Assembly: GCA_964391805.1 (NCBI GenBank)
Contig: CAYMNK010000003.1
Location: 11,362 to 75,361, forward strand
Direction of reading: 5' to 3'
Length of the DNA stretch: 64,000 nucleotides
From: an uncultured Christensenellaceae bacterium
Lineage (GTDB): Bacteria > Bacillota > Clostridia > Christensenellales > CAG-1252
Shown: positions 28,935 through 37,638 of the stretch, one piece after another
Layout: every line of letters starts with the position of its first letter
Numbering within the stretch: position 1 is the first letter of the stretch
The notes under the pieces: generated by a model
Databases searched by the model: none
What the model was told of the DNA's origin: nothing
Seen by the model: the letters and a program-made list of their open reading frames with translations, nothing else
Position numbers and translations under genes: made by a program

Positions 28935-29584
28935 TAGTAGACGACGAAGCCGAAATCAGAGAGGTGCTCAAAGAGTACGCCACGTTCAACGGCTATAACA
29001 CGATAGAAGCAAGCAACGGTTACGAAGCCCTCAAAAAGGTTGAATACAAAAAAATCGACCTCATTATTATGGATATAATGATGCCGGGATTGGATGGTTT
29101 CAGCACAATTAAAATGATTAAGAAAAACTACGATATCCCCACCATAATGCTGAGTGCAAGGGGTGAGGAATACGATAAACTATTCGGATTCGAGTTGGGC
29201 ATAGAAGACTATGTTACCAAGCCTTTTTCGCCGAGAGAGGTATTTGCACGTATCGGGGTAATACTCAAACGCAAAACCTATAAACCCAATACCGAAGAAA
29301 AGTACATCGTTGACGGATTGGAAATAGACTTCTCGGGAAGATTGGTTTTAGTGGACGGAGAGAGAGCACCCTTGACACCGAAAGAGTACGATTTGTTATT
29401 TTTCCTTGTTCGCAATAAGGGTATAGCAATGAGCCGTGAAAAGTTACTTTCCGAGGTATGGGGATACGATTTTTATGGTGAAAACCGCACCGTGGACACC
29501 CACATCAAAATGCTTAGAGGTAATCTCGGCAAATACCGCGACCATATCGTCACCTTGAGAGGAATGGGGTACAAATTCGAATAA
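28919..29584 (+). CDS. OmpR-family response regulator
   Basis: ILIVDDE, MDIMMP, TKPFS, LTPKEYDLL, RTVDTHIK, RGMGYKF. Confidence 0.96.
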   Translation: MQTILIVDDEAEIREVLKEYATFNGYNTIEASNGYEALKKVEYKKIDLIIMDIMMPGLDGFSTIKMIKKNYDIPTIMLSARGEEYDKLFGFELGIEDYVTKPFSPREVFARIGVILKRKTYKPNTEEKYIVDGLEIDFSGRLVLVDGERAPLTPKEYDLLFFLVRNKGIAMSREKLLSEVWGYDFYGENRTVDTHIKMLRGNLGKYRDHIVTLRGMGYKFE

Positions 29585-29663
29585 AAGGCAAAATAATCCA
29601 CAAAAATGCCCATTATTTAAGAAAAATATTTTAAATATTTTATAAAAAAATTCAAAACCCCTA

Positions 29664-29716
29664 TTGATATTAAAAAAAACATATGTTATAATAAATGTAT
29701 CCACAAGTGTGGATAA
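29664..29716 (+). promoter_or_regulatory. sigma-A promoter followed by an inverted pair of DnaA boxes
   Basis: TTGATA-N17-TATAAT with extended TG, then GTATCCACA (29697-29705) and TGTGGATAA (29708-29716; reverse complement of TTATCCACA). Confidence 0.65.
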
Positions 29717-29739
29717 TTTTATCTTATGGGAGAGGAATT

Positions 29740-29964
29740 ATGGAGTTTACATACAACATAGTTAAAAAACTCGGCGTACTTTCAGAATCAGGCAAATGGT
29801 CCAAAGAGGTTAACCTCATCGAATGGAGCGACAATGCCCCAAAATACGATATCAGAACATGGAATACCGAAAATAATGTTCCCGGTAAGGGTTTGGCTTT
29901 ATCTTTAGACGAGATGAAGGCACTAAAGGAAATTTTGAATTCGGTCGATTTGGACGCTGAATAA
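29740..29964 (+). CDS. ydbC: YdbC/PC4-like ssDNA-binding protein
   Basis: FTYNIVKKLGVLSE.GKWSKEVNLIEW....PKYDIRTW......GKGLALSLDEM; start ATG 29740 after GAGG. Confidence 0.85.
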   Translation: MEFTYNIVKKLGVLSESGKWSKEVNLIEWSDNAPKYDIRTWNTENNVPGKGLALSLDEMKALKEILNSVDLDAE

Positions 29965-30052
29965 CCTTCAACTAACCTTATCCATATATTCATATTTGAC
30001 GATTAATACCGTGCTGAACCGCAGTATATTTTTTGTTTGGGTCTAATTAACC

Positions 30053-30078
30053 AAGGGGCGTTTGCGCTCCTTTTTTAA
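30053..30078 (+). terminator. Probable intrinsic terminator
   Basis: AAGGGGCG-TTTG-CGCTCCTT-TTTT. Confidence 0.6.
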
Positions 30079-30111
30079 TATAAAAACGATGTCGCTCACT
30101 CCACTGCTCTA

Positions 30112-30258
30112 CCCATATAGTCGTTCACAAACGTTAAGTGACAGATTAGAAAGTTGTCATACATTCCCGTCCGCCGTCATACTGAGCGTAGTCGAAATTG
30201 ACCAGTATGACGGGACGGAAATCAGTATGACGGCGGACGAAATTGACTCAGTATGACA
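30112..30258. repeat. Mosaic REP-like cluster with tandem CAGTATGAC units
   Basis: GACAGATTAGAAAGTTGTCATAC (also at 33561 and, with one mismatch, 34876), then CGTCATACTGAGCGTAGTCGAA and three CAGTATGAC copies. Confidence 0.8.
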
Positions 30259-30364
30259 TTTGATGTTGCAATGCGTTTAATTTTTAACTTTTTTTGCTTG
30301 CGATACTTGTAAAAGCTGTAAACGATATTATATAATATAATCGGTTCGATTATAGGAGGATGCC

Positions 30365-33220
30365 ATGAGAGAATATAACGTTTTGATAAGCCATGTCGAA
30401 AAGGATAAAGATAAAGCGCTATTTTTAGCCGAACATATCAACAATGCATCTTTCGAATTTCAAGGCGAATATATCAAAATGAACGCCGTATATATGGAAA
30501 GCGCCCAAAACGGATGTTTCGGAGATTTTTTGGTATGGTCTGAAAATGCAGTGCTATCCTCCGACTGCGTATTGGCGATAATCTCACCAAGCACTGCAGT
30601 CAAAACCGACGAAGTTAACGGTGCGGATGTCAACTACAAAATCGTATATGACGAAGTTTCGCTCGCCAAAGAAACATCTAAAGACATAATGCTTGTCAAG
30701 GATTCGTCGATAACCGAATTGGAACCGGGGTATCGAATTCTTTTCCAAAACATTTCGGCAGAGTACTATACCGACAATTTGACAGACAATACTATTGCAA
30801 GCATTTTAAATAAGATATTCTCGTTCGCAAAAGCACGTCTATCAGGTAATCCGATTCTCGCTTATGCCGGTAAAAACGAAGCAACCCTCGCCGAGTACGC
30901 TATAGGTGATTCTAAGATCTTCTTAGGAAGAATTCCCGAACTCGAAACGATGGATTGCTTGTTCAATCGTCATAACACCATATGCATATCGGGATTCGGC
31001 GGAATCGGTAAGACTACGCTTGCCAAGATGTATGCGATCAAGCATCCCGAACTTGCACTATCAGTCTATTACTGCACCGAGGAAGCCACCTTAAAAAACG
31101 TCATCACCAAACTTATATCCGACAACGTGGAACAAGTATCGCTCGATAAATACGAACAACAGCCCCTGCTCAAATATAACGAAGAGTATCGCAGAGCAAT
31201 TACCCATTTATCTAAGATTCATAAGCCCACGCTTATCATTATAGATAACTTCAATTTTGATTTTACTGGCAAAGACAATAACAGAGTTTTTGACGATATA
31301 TCCACCCTTACCGACTGTAAATTCATTATCACTACCCGTAATGCCAATATTCAAAGACAGGATATAGGTATTATTGACGTAGAAAAGATGGACGATAATT
31401 CGCTTTTTGAACTGTTTTATCGCGATTCGTATCTACAACGCTCGGAAGAAAACGATAGGATTATTTCCAAATTGATAGAGATTACAGAAGGTCACACCAT
31501 GACTATCGAGCTCGTCGCAAGAGCAATAGGCAACGATGTCAGCGGACTGACACCATCCGAAATTCTCGACACCATGCTCGACGAAAATAACAGTGCAGAA
31601 ACAAGGCTCGAGGATAACGCGAGATTTGACGATTTTGGCGAATATGACACCATTTATAACTATCTCAATAAACTCTTCGCACTTACCCGTTTAACCGAGC
31701 CACAGAAACAATTATTGGGTTGTTTGTCCTTCATTCCGACCGACGGACTATCCGCTCGCGACATCAAAATGCTCGTCAAGGAGTTATCAGCCGATGAATT
31801 GAGATACCTCGTAAGATTAGGGTATATTCAAACTACCGAACATACGCCCTACTCTTATTACCTCCATCCTCTAATTTCCGAGTTGTCCTTTAGAAAATTC
31901 GCGGATAGATTTAACAAAAACCTGCAAGTGACACTATTTGTTATTTATAATAAGCTTGAACCGATTAGCAAAAATCCCGAGTCTAATCAAGCAGACCTCA
32001 AATGCGCGTACAGATATGCTTCTTTTCTTACCGAAAGGCTCGAGAACCTAATCGAAAAAGGGGAAATTGCTTCACTTCTTTATAAAGATAAGTTGTTACT
32101 CGTCAATGAGTACATTGCGCACATTCATTATTGTTTATTCAACCTCGAAGATGCGATGAACTACTACAAAAAGGTTGCAAACGATGCCCAAGATCTTATA
32201 GATCATTTACCCGATAAACTGAAATATCAAGAAACGATGCTAAGAAATGCTATAAATTATGCCAGATTGTGCATTATACTTGGCAAAAAAACAGAAGCCG
32301 ATTTCCAATTTGATCAATCTATAGATATTACCGAAAGGATTCTCAAAGAACTCACCGATAATCCCATTTCGACTACAGGTTCTAAAAGAGGAGATATCGC
32401 CAAGTGTTATGTTGATTTGGGTTATCTGTATAGGCAGTTGGGTAACTTGGCGAAAGCATGTGAGTATTACAATAAGAGCATCGAGATTTACGCACGGCTC
32501 GGATGGGATGAAAATGTGGCAAATATTGAAACCATACTTGGATATATTCAAATCGATATGGGTGATTTTAGCAATGCAGAAATAACATTCAAAGGAGCCT
32601 TAAGCAGGACAAAAGGAATTATAGAAAGAAGTAATAATCCGATACAAGCAAAAATTATGCATGCAAAAAGCGCAATAGACCTTGCTTCTCTTTATACAAA
32701 AGTCGATAGAAAATCAATGGCCTTAATGTGGTTCGAGTATGCGCTAAATCGCTTGACTGAATTATATCAAAAATCACCCACCATTCGAGTGAAGCGTGAA
32801 CTTATCAATGCGCAGACTAATGTTGCAGATATCCATGTTGATTCGAGAAAACCTCGAGTTGCATTAAAAGAGTTGAAAATCGCAGTTGATATGGCGCTTG
32901 AAGTTTATAACGAAACCAATCTTGAAAGAGATTTGGATACACTAAACGAGTGCCTTGTCAAATACGAGTGGACTCGCTGTTTATGTGGCGGATTAATAGC
33001 GAGATTTATCAATGGTTGCCGTATAGTATCGTCAAAAAGGTTGTATGCATATAAGATATATCAAAATATCGATGCAGACTATGATAAGTACTGCCTTAAA
33101 GTCTACGAGAGACTCGCATATGCCTCAACAAATCCCCGCATTAAAAGCATATTGCTATATGCTCGTGACGATACGGCAGAAAAAATTGCCCAAAAGGAAA
33201 AACAAAACAAGAAACAATGA
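30365..33220 (+). CDS. TIR - NB-ARC (STAND NTPase) - TPR protein (bacterial NLR-like)
   Basis: TIR-like N-terminus YNVLISH..D...A..LA..SSDCVLAIISP..VYDEVSLA..K.I; Walker A GFGGIGKTTLA; Walker B LIIIDNF; IITTR; EGHTMTIEL; LHPLI; C-terminal TPRs (CYVDLGYLYRQLGNLAKACEYYNKSIEI). Confidence 0.85.
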   Translation: MREYNVLISHVEKDKDKALFLAEHINNASFEFQGEYIKMNAVYMESAQNGCFGDFLVWSENAVLSSDCVLAIISPSTAVKTDEVNGADVNYKIVYDEVSLAKETSKDIMLVKDSSITELEPGYRILFQNISAEYYTDNLTDNTIASILNKIFSFAKARLSGNPILAYAGKNEATLAEYAIGDSKIFLGRIPELETMDCLFNRHNTICISGFGGIGKTTLAKMYAIKHPELALSVYYCTEEATLKNVITKLISDNVEQVSLDKYEQQPLLKYNEEYRRAITHLSKIHKPTLIIIDNFNFDFTGKDNNRVFDDISTLTDCKFIITTRNANIQRQDIGIIDVEKMDDNSLFELFYRDSYLQRSEENDRIISKLIEITEGHTMTIELVARAIGNDVSGLTPSEILDTMLDENNSAETRLEDNARFDDFGEYDTIYNYLNKLFALTRLTEPQKQLLGCLSFIPTDGLSARDIKMLVKELSADELRYLVRLGYIQTTEHTPYSYYLHPLISELSFRKFADRFNKNLQVTLFVIYNKLEPISKNPESNQADLKCAYRYASFLTERLENLIEKGEIASLLYKDKLLLVNEYIAHIHYCLFNLEDAMNYYKKVANDAQDLIDHLPDKLKYQETMLRNAINYARLCIILGKKTEADFQFDQSIDITERILKELTDNPISTTGSKRGDIAKCYVDLGYLYRQLGNLAKACEYYNKSIEIYARLGWDENVANIETILGYIQIDMGDFSNAEITFKGALSRTKGIIERSNNPIQAKIMHAKSAIDLASLYTKVDRKSMALMWFEYALNRLTELYQKSPTIRVKRELINAQTNVADIHVDSRKPRVALKELKIAVDMALEVYNETNLERDLDTLNECLVKYEWTRCLCGGLIARFINGCRIVSSKRLYAYKIYQNIDADYDKYCLKVYERLAYASTNPRIKSILLYARDDTAEKIAQKEKQNKKQ

Positions 33221-33513
33221 TATATATAACCTTTAATTATCGAGGAAAAGAAGTCGGCGGGGTGTTGCTCGCAACCTATTACAAGAAAAGTAACGCAGAT
33301 AAACAAGCCGTAAAGTATTACCTTATTCGATTACAAGACAAGCAAACAATATTGGAAATTCCCCAAAATGATGTAATATTGACAACTCTAAACCTCGTCG
33401 CCGAATGGATAAAGATAGCACGATTCAAAAGCATAGATAATGCCGACAACGCAGTATACACCGACTACGACGGGTACGGGGATGTATTTGAAACGAGATT
33501 CATAAGGGTTTAA
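33217..33513 (+). CDS. Small hypothetical protein translationally coupled to the TIR-STAND gene
   Basis: ATGA overlap with the upstream stop; 98-aa ORF with globular composition. Confidence 0.6.
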   Translation: MIYITFNYRGKEVGGVLLATYYKKSNADKQAVKYYLIRLQDKQTILEIPQNDVILTTLNLVAEWIKIARFKSIDNADNAVYTDYDGYGDVFETRFIRV

Positions 33514-33540
33514 GTTCCATATCAAGGTAAGCGTTAGTGT

Positions 33541-33641
33541 CCCATATAGTCATTTTGAGCGACAGATTAGAAAGTTGTCATACAATACATATGTCATCCT
33601 GAGTGTAGCGACAGCAGAATCGAAGGATCTTATTCCTTGTT
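33541..33641. repeat. Mosaic REP-like element
   Basis: GTCATTTTGAGCGACAGATTAGAAAGTTGTCATAC...GTCATCCTGAGTGTAGCGACAGCAGAATCGAAGGATCTTATTCCTTG; near-identical to 34850-34955. Confidence 0.85.
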
Positions 33642-33734
33642 TTTATCGATTTTTGCTCAATGTTTGCCTTTTCGTGCAAGATTGCCACCATAAAGTTTGC
33701 CTTTTCGTGATTTACATTAGGGAACGTGCGTAAT

Positions 33735-33863
33735 TTATGACATTGACGATACCCATTTCCCACTACCTTCATCTCCAGAGGGATCATAATACACACAGCC
33801 TATACCATATTCAATATTGCCGGTTTGAGTATCACTATTATAATTAAGTCTTAATTTTTCCAT
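33735..33863 (-). pseudogene. Relic / orphan C-terminal fragment of a CBM26-like repeat
   Basis: Hand translation MEKLRLNYNSDTQTGNIEYGIGCVYYDPSGDEGSGKWVSSMS* resembles the upstream protein's tail FNNGSTQTGNLTIGDNIYYDYGEKKW; it is in a different frame and overlaps that gene's stop. Confidence 0.5.
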
Positions 33864-34789
33864 TTTTTCTCTCCATAATCGTAATAGATGTTATCGCCAA
33901 TGGTTAGGTTTCCAGTCTGAGTACTACCATTATTAAAAATTATATAATTGTATTCATTTGGTACATCAATATAATACCAACTATTACAATAATGCGTCAT
34001 TTGAATACCTGGCCATGTTGTTCCATTAGATGAATTCCAATAATATGCATTAACAATTTCCCAATTACTCGTATTTTTGAAATAAATACGTTTTTTTTCG
34101 CTTTCATTTAGAATGAATCCATCAGTCCAGATATAACCATTAAAATAGCCTTGTGAATAATCAATAATCAAATCGGCAGTTTGTTTTTCGCTATTATTAT
34201 TAAAAATTATACAGTTGTAACTTGTGGACAGTGTATATGAACACCAACCAGAATGACCATCTACCGCAGTCATTGCCACACCGGGCCAATCTTGATTGTT
34301 GCTATTTGTACTTGAATTCCAAGCATAAGCGGAGACAGTGGTCCAACCACTCACATTGTAGAAATAGATAGTTTGTTCAAAACCACTTACCCAACTGCTT
34401 CCATTATAGTATAGATTGTTCTCGTCAATAGTAAGGTCAGCGGTTTTTTTACTATCATTATTTGCGTTAAAAATTACGGATGTATATTTATTATCAATAT
34501 CAATAGAATACCAACCCGAATAACCATCAACTGCATTCATTTTATCGCCCGGATATGCCTCATTATAAGATGTACTCGATTCCCAAGCATAAGCATAAAC
34601 GGTGCCGGATGTGTGCCAAGAATATGCATCGTAGAAATACACAGTTCTCGAGGTTGGTTCATTCGCTTCACCGGCAAATGTGATATCAATGGTGCCGTCG
34701 GTCGAATAAAGAGCAAACGCTCCGCTTATTAGCGAAACGCATAGTACCAATGCTATTAATACAGTGATTGCCTTTAATCTGACGGCCAT
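33851..34789 (-). CDS. SipW-type secreted protein with three CBM26-like starch-binding repeats and no catalytic domain
   Basis: Signal ..SLISGAFA|LYSTDGTIDITFAG, then three copies of YF....W..V.AY.W.....(W/Y)PG..M.....W.......IIFN....(Q/K)T.(D/N)L. Confidence 0.85.
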   Translation of the reverse strand: MAVRLKAITVLIALVLCVSLISGAFALYSTDGTIDITFAGEANEPTSRTVYFYDAYSWHTSGTVYAYAWESSTSYNEAYPGDKMNAVDGYSGWYSIDIDNKYTSVIFNANNDSKKTADLTIDENNLYYNGSSWVSGFEQTIYFYNVSGWTTVSAYAWNSSTNSNNQDWPGVAMTAVDGHSGWCSYTLSTSYNCIIFNNNSEKQTADLIIDYSQGYFNGYIWTDGFILNESEKKRIYFKNTSNWEIVNAYYWNSSNGTTWPGIQMTHYCNSWYYIDVPNEYNYIIFNNGSTQTGNLTIGDNIYYDYGEKKWKN

Positions 34790-34849
34790 TTTGATATGTT
34801 TTCCTTTATGTTATTTTGGTTTAGTGCGCGACATTGATGAGCGGGCGAT

Positions 34850-35357
34850 CCCATATGTGTCATCCTGAACAGGGTGACAGATTAGGAAGTTGTCATACAA
34901 TACATATGTCATCCTGAGTGTAGCAATAGCGGAATCGAAGAATCTAATTCCTTGTTAAAGCAAGCGATAGCGCTCCATATAGTCATTCTGAGCGGAATAC
35001 GAAGTATGGAGTCGAACGGCGTAGCTGCACCGAACATAGTGAGGTGGAATCTTATTCCTTGTTTTACAAGGATTTTAGATACCGACACTTTGTGTCGCCC
35101 CGTCGGGTTCGATTTCGGTCTGTCGACCTACACTCAGTATGACAAGACTTGTCGCTAACGCTTACCTTAATATGGTTGTCGTTCAACCGACTGCACATTA
35201 TCGTCCGCAAGATACCAAATTGTTGCACAATATGATTCTCACTTCGTTCGAATTTCGACTACGCTCAGTATGACGTCGGTCGAGAATACCTTTGCTCAGT
35301 ATGACGGGACGGAGTCAGTATGACGGCGGACGAGAATATCTTCGTTCAGTATGACAT
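34850..35357. repeat. Largest mosaic REP-like cluster (~500 nt)
   Basis: Concatenation of nearly all modules seen elsewhere (33541, 37990, 27320, 3448), ending in four CAGTATGAC copies. Confidence 0.9.
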
Positions 35358-35384
35358 GATGGTCTACAAAATGTTGGCGAAATG

Positions 35385-36146
35385 TTACTCTTTAAAATCA
35401 CTTTGTGACACGTCCTCAGATAGTTCAAGAGACTCATTACCCTCTTCAGATGGTTCAAAAGAATCAGCATCGTTCTTTTCAGATGATTCAAGAGAATCGG
35501 CAAAAGATTCGCTGTCATCCCGAGGTGTATCCTTATCGTTTTTAGGTTGTTCGTTTTTCATATAGCGGATGATAAGGCTTGCAATTGCCAATATGGCGAT
35601 ACACGCTATCAATGCTATTATTCCATATACACTCTGTAGGAAGTTAATCACCACACCGAACTGTCCTAACGAGAAGGCATAAATACCTGTAAGCTGTTCC
35701 CTCGTTTTAGCGGAATCGTTATCGGGAGTTGCATCACCTCGCGTGATATACAACTTTTGACCTGTAACGGAATCGATTTGGATATCAACTACACGGTGAA
35801 TAACGGTTGCATCACCGAGTTTAAAGGTTACTATATCGTATACCTCTATTTCTTCGTCATCCTTAATTTGTCTGGTGAACACAAGATCGTTAACCTTGAG
35901 TTGGTTATCGTGCCCCTCTAAAAATTCGGTATCGTACTTAAACGACATACTACCGGTCCGTACGATCATGCCTCTAAATCCAAAAAACGGATAGGAATCA
36001 TTACCAGCGATTTTCTGAACAAAAGAAAAGATCAATACGGCAATAAAAACTACCATAACCAAATAAAAAAGCACGTTAAAGATAATCTTAACCGCTTTCC
36101 GAGCTTTAGTATTCTTTTTATTCTCGTATTGACCTTCGTTTTTCAT
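35385..36146 (-). CDS. sipW: Signal peptidase I, SipW/ER-type (S26B)
   Basis: N-terminal TM, IVRTGSM (catalytic Ser), VIHRV (His), TRGDA..DND, C-terminal TM, and an acidic tail with three ~10-aa repeats. Confidence 0.88.
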   Translation of the reverse strand: MKNEGQYENKKNTKARKAVKIIFNVLFYLVMVVFIAVLIFSFVQKIAGNDSYPFFGFRGMIVRTGSMSFKYDTEFLEGHDNQLKVNDLVFTRQIKDDEEIEVYDIVTFKLGDATVIHRVVDIQIDSVTGQKLYITRGDATPDNDSAKTREQLTGIYAFSLGQFGVVINFLQSVYGIIALIACIAILAIASLIIRYMKNEQPKNDKDTPRDDSESFADSLESSEKNDADSFEPSEEGNESLELSEDVSQSDFKE

Positions 36147-36156
36147 TTATAATAAT

Positions 36157-36197
36157 TGCAATCTACGGCCAGGGAAATCCCTGACCGTATTTGCATA
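36157..36197 (-). terminator. Intergenic stem-loop between the fibre-subunit genes and sipW (attenuator or mRNA stabiliser)
   Basis: Imperfect inverted repeat TGCAA..TACGG.CAGGGA-AA-TCCCTG.CCGTA..TTGCA; no strong U tract. Confidence 0.55.
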
Positions 36198-36214
36198 ATT
36201 GGTTGTTTAGATTG

Positions 36215-37141
36215 TTAATTATTACTTGTGCTTACCGAAGATTGACTTTGTACCCAGACATTATCACTACCATTAACACAAATATAATATGCTTGATCCG
36301 AAGTAACTTTTATATTTGAAGTATCATCGTTATTATTTATGGCAACTACACCATCACCGACTGCAACTTTACCATCACTCCAACCAAGTTTTAGCCATCT
36401 TAAGCCCCAAACGGTCTCGTTCTCATCATTTTGAACCTGAGTATATTGAACTATCTTGAATTCACCCATTGCCGTGGTGAGTTGATAATTAGCAAGTTCT
36501 GCTTTGTTTGTTCCCGTGCCAGCGCCTAACTTAATAGCTTGCTCGTTGACAGACCAATTAGAGAAGTCACCAACGATATAGTATGCGTTTTCTACAGGAG
36601 CCCAGTCAACAAATTCCCAGCTAACAGACACTTTAATTTTCTTATTAGATACATCCTTAAACTCGCTATTAGTTATTTCACTCTTTAATGCTACGGTTAA
36701 AGTAAGATATTGGGGTAAATCATTCAAAGGAAGAGTTAAACCTCTCAATAAATCGCTACTTGCATAATCTTTTGAATTTTCATTATTCTTGTCTACTGCT
36801 ACACCGGAAAGAGTATAGTATTGAGAATCAAGAGTACTTCCGTCAACGCTAATCGTCAATTTACCATTTAAACCGGCTAATGAATCTGTGTTTGTAGTAT
36901 CGACATTCAATTTGATACGTTGAGTAGCGGAAGAATCTTTTGGATTCAATGCAATACCACCAAAGTTAAAATCGGCTGATTCGTTCTCTGAATTTACGGA
37001 TTGTAATGTCAGCGTAACGGCATCTCCGGAGCCGAAAGTTATATCTAAACTATCATTCTGAGTATAAAGAGCAAAGCATCCTCCAACAACAGAAAGACAT
37101 AAAATTACTGATAAAAATATAACAAAAATCTTTTTATTCAT
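36215..37141 (-). CDS. SipW-type secreted TasA-like subunit with a C-terminal SusE/F-like carbohydrate-binding module
   Basis: Start ATG 37141 after GGAGG; signal ..VVGGCFA|LYTQNDSLDITFGSG; beta-rich body with LNP motif; tail AYYIVGDFSNW...GEFKIV...YYICVN. Confidence 0.7.
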   Translation of the reverse strand: MNKKIFVIFLSVILCLSVVGGCFALYTQNDSLDITFGSGDAVTLTLQSVNSENESADFNFGGIALNPKDSSATQRIKLNVDTTNTDSLAGLNGKLTISVDGSTLDSQYYTLSGVAVDKNNENSKDYASSDLLRGLTLPLNDLPQYLTLTVALKSEITNSEFKDVSNKKIKVSVSWEFVDWAPVENAYYIVGDFSNWSVNEQAIKLGAGTGTNKAELANYQLTTAMGEFKIVQYTQVQNDENETVWGLRWLKLGWSDGKVAVGDGVVAINNNDDTSNIKVTSDQAYYICVNGSDNVWVQSQSSVSTSNN

Positions 37142-37155
37142 AGTTAACACCTCCA

Positions 37156-37638
37156 TTATGCTACATTAAATGTGCATACAAGTTTTCCATTGGTGGCGTT
37201 AACTTGATCTGCGGTTACATTTTCCTTGTATTCGATCTTTACATAAACAGTGGTACCTTCCTTAATTTTTGTATATGTAAATACACCATCCGACACTGAG
37301 CCAACAGCTTTAGTACATCCTGAATCAGCATAGTATCCAATAGTAACATTGTCTATGTTTTTATTGTCTCCAACAGCTTGCGGGGTAATAGTCAACGTTG
37401 CGGAGCCAGACCATTCTGTTTCATTGGTATCTATACCTAAAACAATTGGTATAAGCGTTGCATTATTTTTATTTAATGTTATGCCCGTACCTCTTGTCGA
37501 GTTTAGACTAAGATATAGATAGGTATCGGTGTTTACCCCCCCCTCTATAGGAGCAGCATCATAAACTGCGATTGCCAATACCGAACCGATAACGGCAAGA
37601 CAGAGAATAATGCTAATTAGAATAATTAGTTTTTTCAT
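37156..37638 (-). CDS. SipW-type secreted small beta-rich (pilin-like) protein
   Basis: Signal ..CLAVIGSVLA|IAVYD; 160 aa, beta-rich, ending GKLVCTFNVA; first gene of the operon (RBS GGGAG). Confidence 0.65.
   Translation of the reverse strand: MKKLIILISIILCLAVIGSVLAIAVYDAAPIEGGVNTDTYLYLSLNSTRGTGITLNKNNATLIPIVLGIDTNETEWSGSATLTITPQAVGDNKNIDNVTIGYYADSGCTKAVGSVSDGVFTYTKIKEGTTVYVKIEYKENVTADQVNATNGKLVCTFNVA

Noticed and set aside
30165-30258. Mini-CRISPR-like periodicity (also 35262-35357)
   Set aside because: The repeat is only ~9 nt, linkers are short, unequal and reused between sites, and there are no cas genes; it belongs to the REP-like family.
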